64,000 bases of DNA, from contig JAQGDQ010000079.1 in NCBI GenBank assembly GCA_030141605.1, positions 310,001 to 374,000 on the forward strand. The letters run 5' to 3'. Both the position numbers and the translations under genes were made by a program. The notes under the pieces are model-generated. The model was not told the origin of the DNA. It did no database searches and saw nothing but the letters and a program-made list of their open reading frames with translations. This stretch comes from Tubiluchus corallicola (lineage: Eukaryota > Animalia > Priapulida). Position 1 is the first letter of the stretch; each line of letters opens with the position of its first letter. Shown here piece by piece: positions 12,501 through 26,996 of this stretch.

Positions 12501-15500
12501 GTTGTTTCATAATCTGAATGCAGGGTTTAAAAAAGCCGTATAATCCGATCCTTGGTGAAGTTTTTCGTTGTTACTGGCAACATCCCAATGGCACGCGGAC
12601 ATTCTATATTGCAGAACAGGTGCGAAAATTGTTTTTTCCTTTCTTTTCCATTTAGTGGAATTATTTAACACAATCTCATATCAAAAGTTGTTAAAAATTT
12701 TAAATGCTGTAACTTTGCGCTTGGTTGATGATAATTTTTGAAGATTGTGGTATAAGTAATGAATATACTTTTTAGTTTGTGCAAAGCCTTGAATAAATTT
12801 TATAAACTTGAGTGCCTTAACCTGTCTTCTTTAAATTTGTCCATGTTATATGTAGTGTATGCAGAGTATCAGCATCTTGATGGTATATAAAAATCCTTTA
12901 TTAATTAGCATTGACATGATCCTAAAATTAATTTCACAAATCTTAACTTGGGGCATAGTGATGTCATAATACGTCATTTTTTTGTTGTTGTTGAATCTTC
13001 TGTTATTCAAGAGTTAACTTCAGTTTTTGATGTAAATTAATTTGTTTATTGTTTTCAATTTTGATTTTTCCTGATTTTACCTTCAATTTCATGTCACTTA
13101 AAGGTGTTAAGTTAACTTTCAATGTTTTAAATTTTTTAATTTAAACTTTTAAATGTTAATGTTTCTGTAAATTCGTTTGTTAATAATTAGGTCAGTCATC
13201 ATCCTCCAGTCTCAGCTTTTTATGTTTCAAATCGGCAAGATGGGTTTTGTATCAGTGGTAGTGTGCTTGCCAGATCGAAGTTTTATGGTAACTATTTGTA
13301 ACAAATATTAATTGTACTTCTTCAGCTGATAGCACTTTTTACTACACTTACTTAGTGTAAGTGCTGCGGTTCGTGCACTGCTTTTATGTGTTTTTATGTT
13401 TAACTACATTTTTAATAAATGTTTGCTTTTTTAAGAATTCTTAATTTTCCAAAAAATGGAAAAATTTTGTGTACTTATATAATTACCTTCTTAATAAATT
13501 TTAGGTTTATTGTCAGTCATTATTTTTTGTAAATATCGTCATGTACAACAATTGTCAGACTGTAAAAATAAAAATTTTGACATATGTGTACGTCATTAAA
13601 TGATAACAACCATACTGGTTTTTACAATAATTAACTTTTTTAACTACCCAAATTTTGTTAGGATATTATCCATAACTTCAAAAAAATTTTATTTGTAATC
13701 TTTAGGAAACTCTCTGTCAGCCATTTTGGATGGTTACGGGCGCATGACGTTTCTGACACGTGGTGAAGACTACGTGATAACTATGCCATACGCTCACTGT
13801 AAGGGCATCCTCCTAGGAACTCTTACGATGGAACTGGGTGGAAAGGTTACAATAGACTGTGAAAAAACAGGCTACAAAGCTGAGCTGGAATTCAAATTAA
13901 AGGTAAGTTTTCTTTATGCAGTTAAATGTTTCGAAATCTGAGCCTATCTGATTGTATATGATAATCATCTAAGATAGATAAAGAGTAGGCAGAGGTGTCT
14001 TAACACTTTTGTATATGTTTACCTCCTTCTTAATGATTAAAGTAGCCAAAAGGCAGATAAAACTTGAAGGAATTTTCTCGGCAGTCACTTATCCAGTTAT
14101 TATTTAGGCTGAGTATTTTCTTTTTTTGTTTGGTTTCATGGTTTAATACTCCATCACAGTGCAACAAAACAACATAGTTCCCTTCAGGTGTGAATAAAAC
14201 TTTGTAGTGATTTTTTGTTTGCAGTTTTTTCTTCAGGTTTTTGTTTATTAAATAACAATTAAACAAATCAATTGTTATTTATTTTTAGCCATTATTTGGA
14301 GGTAATGAAACTGTAAATATGCTTGTTGGTAAAATCAAACTTGGCAAGGAGACTTTGGTCACTCTTGAAGGTCACTGGGATAACGAGGTGTACATCACTG
14401 ACAAAAGGACAGAGGTACGAAGCAGTTTCTTCTGAAAGTCTTACAGAAGTGTTTGTGTTATTATGATTTGAAATGGAACGTACTGCCTTTTTTCGAAATA
14501 CGGAACTATCTGTAAAATTAGATAAAAATGTTAATTTGGACAAAACTTGAGAGGAGCCCATTTACATCAAAGTTCTCTGTAAAGTATTATAATGTATGTA
14601 CTTGCATACATACATTTATACTTTGATACACATATTCTCACAATTCTGACACATTAAGGAAAATATATTATATATTTTATTTTTAACACTAATTTTGTCA
14701 TAAGAACATTATCAGCTCTTATTTTACAAATGCTTGATGGTCTGAATCTGATATATTTTTATAAGCAATACCAAATCAGATACAGCTCTAAATGCATCAA
14801 AAACTTTGTTTGCTAATCTTTGGTGACAGTTACAAATTCTAAACTGCATTTTTTTATTCTAGCTGTTTGGTTCTTCTTTTCTGTAGGAATCGGTTTTGTT
14901 CTGGGTCCCAACTGAAGTGGTAAAAGAAAAGCGCTTACCACGCTTCACGATCCCGATTTCTGAGCAGGATTCATTTGAGTCTGAAAGGTGTGTAACTATA
15001 TTACCTGAAAGAATCTGTCGTCTTTAATTCTAGCAATGTCATAATTGTGTTATCAGTACTATTACGTTTGTGATATCGTCAGTATTAGTCAGCGACACAT
15101 ACCAAGTTTACCAAACATGATTAACTAATCCCAGGAAAATTCTGGATGATAGAGAGTAGCAGGGACTGCTAAGCCTTTCTAATGATTTTTGTCACTTGTA
15201 TTTTATGTGTAAGAATTTTCTTGGTGCACCTGGTGTGCACCTGTAACCTGTAACACATAATATGAGAACTAATTATTTCCTTTTAAATACAAAGATGAGA
15301 CTTTTAGCCAGTGTAAGACAGCTTTTAGAATTGCTAAACCAGTAAAATTTTTCTAAGGTCAGGCAGCTGAATTACCAGAGGTATTTTCTTAGGTATACCG
15401 AGGAAGACAATATGGCAGATTAAATTGACCAGAAGCAGTTTTGGAAGCAACGCAATTATTTACTATCCAGGCCCAATGCTGATTAACTTACATTTTGGTT

Positions 15501-18500
15501 GAAAAAGAAAGCCTGTGTTATGAACTGTCAGACGAATCAGTTAAATGGCACTGGTAATGAAAACTTTTGCAGTCATAGCACGATATTTGTATATGCTCTA
15601 CGATCGAGCAGACTCAGTTACATGTCAGATGGGCATTTTCTGTCATTTCTGATAATTTTCTTATACCACTTTCACTTTGAAATTTTGCTGTGCATTGAAT
15701 TATTACTTTGTGGGCAGATCTATGTTACTTTTTCTAGGCATTTTGTTATACAGCTTTCATGTTAACAAATAAATTGTTTTTTTTTGTTATTTGGCTAAAA
15801 AATCTTGTGACTTAGTGTCAGTTACGAATATAAGGGTATACCCTGATATCAGGGTTGCCTTCCATGTAAGATTACCTTCTAGTGCCATGACAGTGCTACT
15901 ATTGCTACTTATTCAGATTGTGGTCTAAAGTGACCGAAGCTATAAAGCACGATGATCAGGTAGCGGCTACTGATGAAAAGACTGTCCTCGAGGAAGCCCA
16001 ACGCAAAGCAGCCAAAGAACGCAAACTCAAAATAGAGGAATGGATACCGAGGTTATTTGAACGAGACTCAATCACTGGCGAATGGGTGTACAGCAGTCTA
16101 GAGTGAGTTTCAGCTACTTTGTATTGTTGCTGTCATAGCAGAGATTATTTTCAGATTCAGGAGTTGTTCTTGAAAAATACATTCATTCTTTAATGTTAAA
16201 AGAAATGATACAAGTTGCTATAGTAGTTTATTCTGAGCTCATTTAGGAATTATGTCAACTATTTTGTTATGTAAACTTGTAAGGCACTTCATTCTAGATT
16301 AGAAATTAGCATCTAATCATACCTTGACGAAACCCAACAAACAACCTTTTGTTTGAAATCCTAAATAAGTTTGATGAATTAATTGAATAATTACTTTTAG
16401 ATCGAGTATATCTTTAGAGACCCAGAACTTGTTTCTGGATTTTCAGCTAGATTGTGTACTGCATTTCTGTAGCAGTATTGCAGCATAGCATGGGCTATCA
16501 TGTTATGAGTGTCAACCAGTGTTGCAAATGACAAAAATAGTAGCACTGATGACATTTTCCACAAATTTTGGAAATGCACTACTGTTTTTGCTCCCAATCT
16601 GCCAGGTCTAATAAACAGACAATCGTTAGTTCTAGGCCGTGGGATCCTCACAATGATTTAGTACAATTTGAACATAACTACATCATACAGACGAAGACAA
16701 TGCACAAAACACCAATAGTTCGAACAACTAGCATCATGAGTGTGGAGGACAAGTCTGATGCCACGGCTCGACTCGGCACTGAAAGAAGGTTCGTCTTTAA
16801 AATTAGTGAGTCTATCAAAAAATACAAAACACAGTAGAAGAACCCTGCTATCAAACATGTATTATGTTTGACGCTGATATAGTTAAGAATGTTGTACTGT
16901 TATAACTATTCACTTTATTTTTGATTTCAATAAGAAGTTCTAATCTGATTTCACAATATGCAATATATATTCTGAATTGTTGATAATTGTTTTGCATTTG
17001 TAGACTTGGTAGTCAGTTGGTATAACTAGGATCCTCAATTTTACACTACAGTACTTGTCCTTGACGTTCTTTTCATAGCTTGATAATGATAGTGCAATGT
17101 ATCTAATTTTCTTAGAATTATCTTCACCATATGTCACTGGTTAATTAATTGTCTTTATAGGTTAAAACAAAGAACGTCGTTAACTCAGCTTCGTTTGATG
17201 AAAGCTAAAGTTAGTGGCAGCTCAACACCGGAAGCAGACTTGCTGCCAGCGTCTGACTCTTCCGAATCTGAAAGTAAGTAATTTTTTGAACCAACATGTT
17301 TATTGAGCATAGATGATCATTTCAACTGTAACAGCCATTATCAATACCATAAATTCTTTTATGGTTTGATTTATAGTATTAATAATGCCTGTTACAGTTG
17401 AAACGATTGTCTACGCTCAATAAATATGTCGATTCCTAAAAGCTGACTCTTTCTTGTATTTAATTTGTTTGAGCTTTTTAAGTAAATTCAATCTTGTTAT
17501 TAAATATGTTAGCTTCCAGTATGGTAAAATTATATTTTAGAAAAAATATTCTCTGATTAAAGTCTCCCTATTTCAGATTGTCCAAAGAACTTCGTTGTTG
17601 AGCTTGGTAAGCTTTTACAATCCAATCTCATACTGTTGAGAGTTGTTTCATATTGGCACTTGAATGTTGACTGCTCATGATACAAAGTTTGAGAATTGGG
17701 TGCTATTGTTTGTTTCAGATTCAAAATTAATGATGCGTCTAAATAGCATGCCCTAAACTGATTAGATGCTGGTAGACAGATTGACATTTTTAACGTAATT
17801 GTCAAACTTAGGTTATTACGTTTTTGCTCAGAGTGACATGATTTCAGCTGAACCAAGTAACCAGCAAGTTTTTGAAATGGATGACTGTAACTAACAAATA
17901 AATTCATTGAAATTGAGCTTGTGGAGGCCAAGACAGAACACGTTAGTTGCATTTTGGAATGACTTCTCGTTTTGGAAAAAGTGATTGAGGGCTCTGATAT
18001 TGCAAAAAATGAAGTAGCCAGTTTTCTTAGGTTTAAGTTCGTTTCCCTGGCACACTATTTCTCAACTCGATACGACAAAATTATGAAATTTTTGTCAATG
18101 AAACCTCATTAATTAAAACTCGTTGCAGTTTCATTTACTCAACCTGAAGTATAAAGTTTCTTAGCGGTCTCCTGCTTTCTATTCTACATCAGAATGCTAC
18201 ATTTTTGGGGTGTTTCACAGAATTGTTGGCTTCTCTCATGCTCAAAATGTTTGTCTTTGAAAACCTGCCCTGCTAAAAATGCTAATAACCGATATCATGC
18301 ACATTTGTCCACATTTTTGTCAGTTGGCAAGATCACTTTTGGAATATAATTTATAGCTACGCTTCCACTCTGTGTGTATGGTAAATTAGCAAAAACAACT
18401 GTAGTAGTAGCCATATCCAGGCAATTAGCCTCCATACGATACTGCTTAAATGATGTAAGAAAAAGAGAATAGTAAATTCATAATAACGTGTGAATAATAA

Positions 18501-18969
18501 CTAACTAAAGATTAAATCAAGGTCTAAAACACTATAGCAGTGTGATATCTGCTTCCTTTTTTCTTAATGGAAAAACCAAGAATCCCTAGAAGGCTTTAAA
18601 CGAGTGCTCATTGAAAACCAACCGAGAACATTGAGTGTTTGCAATAACTTTGCTTTAACTGAACAGCACGTATTAGTCTATCATGTATCTACAGAATTTA
18701 TTTACTTTGCAGCTGGTATGAAGAAAAAAGATGGAAAGCGTGTGCGAATCAGCGAAGGCATAACATTGGAACAACTGGAGAAATGCTTAGAACCAATGGT
18801 ACAACTCCAAGAGAGAAATATGCAGCATATACAGACATTGGAAAGTCGTCTAACATACATCGCTCGCCAGCAAGCTGCTCAGGGTACTATCCTGTGGAAT
18901 CGTGACTGGTGGATCGTGATTGTTATATTGACATTCCAAGCCGTTCTTCATTGGTTATTTCAAGGATAG
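6535..18969 (+). CDS. OSBPL8: Oxysterol-binding protein-related protein 8/5 (ORP5/8: PH - ORD - C-terminal TM), 5'-partial, 17 exons in window
   Basis: GT-AG exons in continuous frame: 6535-6657, 7445-7600, 9235-9397, 9981-10147, 11180-11260, 11773-11885, 12148-12229, 12524-12619, 13191-13287, 13706-13902, 14289-14414, 14887-14987, 15917-16102, 16630-16788, 17161-17273, 17577-17606, 18713-18969 (748 aa + stop). Motifs: [38 protein letters not shown]; [47 protein letters not shown]; RPWDP; tail anchor [20 protein letters not shown]. Confidence 0.95.
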
Positions 18970-20690
18970 CAGCTTTGTGGATATACTAAAGCACTTGAGA
19001 AGTAAACAGACTGAATTTTGACTTTTGTCTTTCCTAGAATAATTAATGTCAGAACAATTCTTGTGAGATATTTAGTTTTATGCATTTTAATGGGTATAAC
19101 TGCCAGGTAAATAATGTAATTGCTAAATTGTACAAGTTGGTTTACTCTGTAGAAAATTGTTGTCATCAACTCCTCTAATTTTTGGATTTGGGGGTATATA
19201 GGTCTATATAGTGCTAAGTTTTACACATACCTAATATTGTGAGTTCAGTAATCTGGCAAACTATGAAAATTGTACTCAAGAACCAAAAATTTGAGAGTTG
19301 TGGCACACGAAGTGCAGTACAAAATTGTTTCAGCATTCATGGAAGTTCATACAAGCTAATAAGAGTAATCTATAGTTTACAGTCATTGTAGTAAAATTTG
19401 AACTTTAGTACACTAATATTATTTTATTATAACAATAGATATTGCATTCTTCAGATTAGACCATGCTCTCTAGCGTACTTATTATTTTATTAATTAATTT
19501 AGTGTAATTATTATATTAATTTAGAATGACGCATTAACCCATAATATTACAAAGACATAGCAGTATTATATGATTGGCGTAAGCATTGCTTGCAGTGTTT
19601 ACCATTTCTAAAAAAACATATACATTTAGTTTTCATAATTTCTAATATCATAAGAATTATAGTTTAAAAGCCCAGAGATTTATTTTCATTTTATTAGTTT
19701 AATATTTTGTTATTTTATCTGGTAAGTAGTTTTATAGCAAGAAATGAATGATTAAAGTTTTAAAAGCACAGCTAGAATATTGCCTTCTGCGAATTTTCTA
19801 ATAACTATGTTAACTTGTCCATAAACATGGTAATTCGTTTACTATTCTTGCTGTTTTTCAGGCATGAGGGATTGCTGTTCCTCGTCAATAGAAGTGATTC
19901 TTGTAGCTGCTGTAAATATTATACAACCTTTGTTGAAAAAACGGTGATACTCTAAGGCAAATGTTGTACATAACAGTATTGTAGATTTTTCCTGCTTGAT
20001 ATTGTATTTGTTAATCTTTTCTGTTATATGATGCATGGAAATTTTAATAACATTTATATTTGTTGCGGCTGGTTTTTATTATGATTTATAGTTGAAGAAA
20101 GTGAACAAGTGCAATAATTAAAGGGACGTCTGTAGCCAGTTCATAAGCTTGTAACTGCTAAGTAGAATTATTAGCATAGTGTGACTGTAGATGGAACAAC
20201 TTATAAATTACTGGTTCAAACGTATTGCCTAGCATGTTAACATGAGTCTCCATTTACTTAGGTAACCTGCATTTTTGTGAGTAGTCCTTACTGTGTACAT
20301 TGATTATACCAAGATGGCAGTTTGGTGGGTAAGATTGGTATAGAGTTTATACTGCAGCATTCCTGCACCCGCCATGTAAAAGATCTCATTAATGTATTGG
20401 ATGACTGGTCATCTTATTCGATTGTTATTTGTAAGTGTTAAGTATCCTTTACTGTAGTCAAATGTTTGTTATTATTATTGATTGAACAATTAAATATTTT
20501 ATGGTGAACGCTGAATAATTGTTTGCAAAAATTATCTGTTACGTGTATTTATAAGACTATAAAAACTAGTGACCTCAATAAAGGTGATCAAAATGTAAAA
20601 AGTGACTCTGGTACGTACCGTATGTCATCAAATTTATTAACAAGTGTACAAAACATTACATGTTTACATGTGTATGCCTATAATTTAGCA

Positions 20691-22706
20691 TCAGTCTAAA
20701 CTCTGGGGACCAAAGCCGATCCAATGAGGTGGAAACTTGTATACAAACTCGAACCCAAGTCTCAATTGACGGGCTTCAGGTTTAAAATAGTTTGTAAAGT
20801 AAACCTTTTCACCTGGAGCGAGATACGATGCCCACCAACCAAAGCTGCCCATTGTCATAATTGAGTGATTACAGTGAGCTAAAACAGCTAGATCTTCTTC
20901 TGGGATGAAATTTCGGTCAGAATAGACAACATCATGTTTCGTATTTGGTATGTTTCTTTTGCACCAAGCGATATCGTCGCTGCAAACAACAAACACTGCA
21001 TCATCGTATTTTGAGCGATAATATGACATCGCTTTCGACAAATAACGTGCATCTGCTTCATATGCATGATTTTCTTTCACCCACTGCTGGTAATCACCTC
21101 GACGGACATGGACGCCGACATAAGTGACTGTTTTGCGACCTTGACTAGCATCTTCAAGAAACCTATGTGCTGTGTAAACATACAATTCCTTGAAGGTGAA
21201 TTCTCTGTGAATTTGGTCGCTTATGTGATTAAAATAGAACCATGAATTGAAGAAACCCCATATAACATTTATTGTATCATTTATCTGGAATAGTGACCTT
21301 TCAAATGGAACCTTTATCAGTAGTTGATGTCTCTTTTGTTTTGGGATTGAATAAGTTGGAGCAGAAATGTTAAAAGTATTTCCAACGATCATGTGAGGCT
21401 GAACGAATGGTTTACGATTGGTCACATTTGCGATTCCAAGCAATGTGGCATACTGGAACATTTGGTTGCCAATCTGACCGAGAGGAACAACCGTTAACCA
21501 GTTATTGTAGTTTTTAAGTTGTGGATATGTGGAGTCTGTTTTCTTTGGTGCTGCTGCATTATTTTCTTCAGAGTATCTAACCACTTGCAGTTTATGGAGA
21601 TTCTTTTGCACACTATCAGATTTTAAAGCCTGGTCAGCACGGCTGCTGGAATCCCTTTGCTGAATCAACCGCTCTTGAGTTTGTGACTTTTGCTCATATG
21701 GCACTGAATGGCTGCCATGGTTTTGCATTGGCCCATAATAATTTACAGCTGCATAATTCTGAAATGTGTCCGTATGTGGATTATTATTACTAGGAAGAAT
21801 GAGATTCTGGTAAGAGACAACAGAGTTTTTCAATACTGAGCTTTTCTGTGATGGCAGTGAATGACTTGTGTCTCTGCTCCGAGATCTGTCATACTTGTAG
21901 TCGTTGAGTTTGTACTGGCCATTTATTTCCGGGATTTGATTGTTGCTTAGCTGCCCAAGAACGTGCGAAACTTTTGTATCTTCAAAAAAATTGTTTGCAA
22001 ATTGTCTAGATGTTTGTTGACGTGGAAGATGTCGTTCCCATACATCTGCTGCTGCAGAACTTCTCAACTGCATTTCAAGATTATTCTCTTTCCCAACAGC
22101 TCTTCTGTAATTGGAAGTTCCCTGTGGCAAACTGCTTGACCCACGATATGCTATTTGTCCATTGTTTTGTTGTGCATAAAAGGATTTGGAATTGTGTTGC
22201 CAGTTTTGTTGTTGGCTAGAAGGTTGTTTTTGGTTATGCTGGTCCTGCAGTTTATATGGAGCAGAACGCTGTACATTTGTCTCGCCTTGTTCAGGAGGGT
22301 CCTTTTGTAGAACCATTCGAGGCAATGAGGCCGCAGCATTCTGATCTTGGAACACGTTTGACTGTTTAAATGTTCCATACTGTCTCTTAGTATTAAGATC
22401 GATGTTGTTACTTACCATACTTGGCGAGTCGTAATTCTGACGTAGTTGACTAGTTTGTTTGTTTTCCCGTAAATTTCCAGTTAGCAATTCATTTTTTCTG
22501 CTATCGATTAATGTATTTTGTTCTAATGCATAAGGAACCACTTGCTGATGATGATACCCGTAATTTATGGGGCTGTATTGCGGGTATTCTGAATGTTTTG
22601 AATTAAAATGTAAACTCGGGGCTGAGTCGACTTTAGTTTGGTTGCTCATCGTTATTTGCCCCAGGAAAGCGAACACAAAGATAGCGCGAGTTTTTTTTAA
22701 ACACAT
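20691..22706 (-). CDS. Galactoside alpha-1,2-fucosyltransferase-like (GT11), 671 aa, single coding exon, long low-complexity stem
   Basis: The C-terminal ~270 aa carry GT11 motifs GQIGNQMFQYA, VGVHVRRGDY, FVVCSDDIAWC and DLAVLAHCNHSIMTMGSFGWWASYL. N-terminal basic plus hydrophobic segment KKTRAIFVFAFLG. Confidence 0.9.
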   Translation of the reverse strand: MCLKKTRAIFVFAFLGQITMSNQTKVDSAPSLHFNSKHSEYPQYSPINYGYHHQQVVPYALEQNTLIDSRKNELLTGNLRENKQTSQLRQNYDSPSMVSNNIDLNTKRQYGTFKQSNVFQDQNAAASLPRMVLQKDPPEQGETNVQRSAPYKLQDQHNQKQPSSQQQNWQHNSKSFYAQQNNGQIAYRGSSSLPQGTSNYRRAVGKENNLEMQLRSSAAADVWERHLPRQQTSRQFANNFFEDTKVSHVLGQLSNNQIPEINGQYKLNDYKYDRSRSRDTSHSLPSQKSSVLKNSVVSYQNLILPSNNNPHTDTFQNYAAVNYYGPMQNHGSHSVPYEQKSQTQERLIQQRDSSSRADQALKSDSVQKNLHKLQVVRYSEENNAAAPKKTDSTYPQLKNYNNWLTVVPLGQIGNQMFQYATLLGIANVTNRKPFVQPHMIVGNTFNISAPTYSIPKQKRHQLLIKVPFERSLFQINDTINVIWGFFNSWFYFNHISDQIHREFTFKELYVYTAHRFLEDASQGRKTVTYVGVHVRRGDYQQWVKENHAYEADARYLSKAMSYYRSKYDDAVFVVCSDDIAWCKRNIPNTKHDVVYSDRNFIPEEDLAVLAHCNHSIMTMGSFGWWASYLAPGEKVYFTNYFKPEARQLRLGFEFVYKFPPHWIGFGPQSLD

Positions 22707-25700
22707 CTTTTCGCTGACCGTCTAGATTAGATTAAAATCGGCGTACACTAATTACATGGCACCATAACAAATCGATGCTGGCAGAGTTAGCCTTTGTCGC
22801 ATATTGTAATGCAAACTGAAGTAGCCAAATATTGCGTTATACACGAGTCAAAAAGAAATTATTTCGTACCTACTAAGTTCCTATTTTCACTGTTACACCA
22901 GCGTAACTATACCCTGTCTACTGGAACATGGCATTTTCGTTTAGACAGGTTTGCTGATATATTTAGGTCAGTAACCTACCCTACAGTATTTCGATAAAGG
23001 CAATAGTGTTGGCTTTCATAGTTAGATGCCCGCTAAATTTAAACTGAACACAGTATTTTCGTTTTTAAGTATAAATTTCATTTTAAATTTAAGAAGCACA
23101 TATTTGCAATGAATTGTTTGTTGCTGTCATCACGTACTTATAGGAAACTATAATACAAATTAAATTGTTTGCAGTCGCCACTGCACTCTGTTCTATGTTC
23201 CCACTTATTAAGTTATGTTATGGGCTAATTTTATTTGTTTATTAATGCGTTAGATATGGGAATTTATCATACAACCAATTGTATCACGCTCGCAACGTTT
23301 AATGGTTAATTCGTTATTATGCTTCATTCACTTGTACTTTTCTTTTTCTCCTCTTTCTCGCGTCTTTTCTCTCCCACTTTCCCCAATAAATTAGTAATTT
23401 TTTGAGTTTTCCTTTCTCCCACTCTTGTTTCTTTTGTTTTCTCTCTCGATTCTTTCTCTTATTTTATTTATTTTTTGTCAGTTATTTATGGTTTTTGAGG
23501 GTCTGACTAAGGAGTCATCATTCCCAAAAAAATTGAAGACATTGTATTCACCACCTGGCCAAAAAGTAATAAGTTTGACTGTGTATTTTGAAGTAAAAGT
23601 ATCTACGTAGGTTCATCTCCCGTTCTCTTCCTCTCCCTTTAATTCTTTCTCAATATAACATTTTTTCCCTTTCTCCCTCTCACTCTGTCAATCCTCTACA
23701 GTGACCTGCCATTTACAGTCTGCATTATAACAAACATTTTCAGTCGTGCATTGCCCATCAAGGAAAAGTGCATGTGAAAACAAAAATAAAAATGAGGCTT
23801 TGCACACTCTGCATGTAAAAGGTTTTGGAGTAACCTCAGTCCTTGCGAATGAGTAAACCATTCGCTTTTTCAGTGCTGAAGTTTGCTTTTTAATACAAAA
23901 TCTGAAGTGCAAAGAATTTGCATTGTGATGCAAATGTAAACCATTTTAAATTCTAAAAAAAGTGAATGAATGAAGTAAAAAATTACATGTACTTACGTTA
24001 TCAATTTTTATTCACTATGTGATGTTTCTAAATTAAATAGATGTTATAGCATGTGATTTGCCTAGTATAATATTATGATAGTTTTTTTAATAACCAAAAT
24101 GCCAACTTGAACATTGTAAAAAATTATATTTTAAATCTGAATGTGATGAGAGTCTATTCCACTTGGCGATATCTTCTTTTTCGTGCTGTAAATAGCTCGA
24201 TATGTCAAGTTAATTTTCGACAACTGTCAAGCTGAAAGGAACTACAGCAGTACAGCTTGCCCAACATTGACTGTGAGCAACCCCTTTTTTCATTACACCA
24301 GAATTTTTTTTGCAAATACAGAATCTATTGACATCAACCAATGTAACCACTCTTCATTCACATGCCCTTGCCAATCATGCCAGCACACATCTCGTCAGTG
24401 CAGTATCGGGTTTTAAATCATTCTAAATATCTGAAAACACAGCTAAATGATAAATAGCAGCACCTAGCGACACACTACTCGAAATCTTAACTATAGTTAC
24501 AATGAAAATAACCTGTATTATGCTATGCTTTTGCCAAAGAGTTCCTAAGTGTGATAATATTAACTTAATCATAAACTAACAAAAATATCCTAAGATAACA
24601 TCTGCTACAGAGCAATTTTTTATCAAGTTGGCTTGCCTCAAGCAGGATGTCACACCAATTGCACATAAAAGTATTATAACTTATCTTTAGAAGTCACACT
24701 GATGTATAATATTATGATGTTCACAGTCACACCCCTTTGATATAATGGTTTTTGCTTTTTTCGCTTTTCAGGTATAAAAAATGTACAATTTGTTCAGTGA
24801 CATTGAAAAAAATTACTGTACGTTTCCTTTGCCAAGCAATAATCAAGTGAAACTACAAAACAATATTTTATACTTGTAGGACTGCCTTCCTATTTTTGGA
24901 AAGCAATCAAAGTTTATTGAATTCTGTCAGCTAAATGATTAAAGTATAACATAAGCATATTGTACACGCATCAAAAAAGTATTAGAAATTTTTAAGATAC
25001 TGTTAAATTACTTTACAATACTGTTAAATTAGAATTGCGTTTACAGTATTTAAGCAATAATCAACTGTGAAACATGTAACAATAAAAGTGAAAGATTTTT
25101 GACATGACTATGTGCAATGTGCTAGTTAATCTTGCACCAGAAACAGCTCTGTATATAGTTTTCAAAATGAGCAGATACATAAAAAAAGAAACCGAGGCTA
25201 AAAAAGGAAATCGATATCACGGCTAGCTCGCAATCCCAATTGTTCTAGTCAAAATTTTAGCCTCTGCCAATTTTTTAGCCATTTTTGTGTTACATTAGTC
25301 ACGGTATAATGAAAGCAGGTTAAGGTGCAGAGGTATTATTTTGCCAAGAATTTAGTTACTTGATATTTCCTTTAGCCATTCTGACTAAGCCTTAGTTTTT
25401 GGCTAAACATTATGGAAGGCCACGGTAAATAGGCCCCGAATGTGCATAGCCCTTTTATGCAAATTGAAACTAATTTAATTTTGAACAAGAAGTACAAAGG
25501 TTACTTGCCAAATTGATTAATTGATACATATAACTTATGATACGTGAAACCAGAATTCACAGAGTTCTGCACAAAAATAAAATGGACAACATGTATTCAT
25601 GAGCAGTTTAATACGTTCAGCTTTAGCAAACAAGATGATTATGGTCATATAGTTCCCAAATAGCATGTTTTTAATACATGCAACACATTTTATAACACAG

Positions 25701-25835
25701 CTATTGAATTAATACAACTTTGCAGTCTGACCCATTTCATAACTGCCACGATTCCGCAGCACACCATGACACGTGGTTCTGCTCTCTTCTAGTTATGTCT
25801 GGAAAATCATAACTAGATTTTGATTATGAGCATTC

Positions 25836-26996
<1,161 letters not shown>

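Noticed and set aside
23688-23933. ORF containing KPFTCRVCKASF (C2H2 zinc-finger-like)
   Set aside because: The paired His residues and further fingers are absent; chance match or an unrecognisable remnant.
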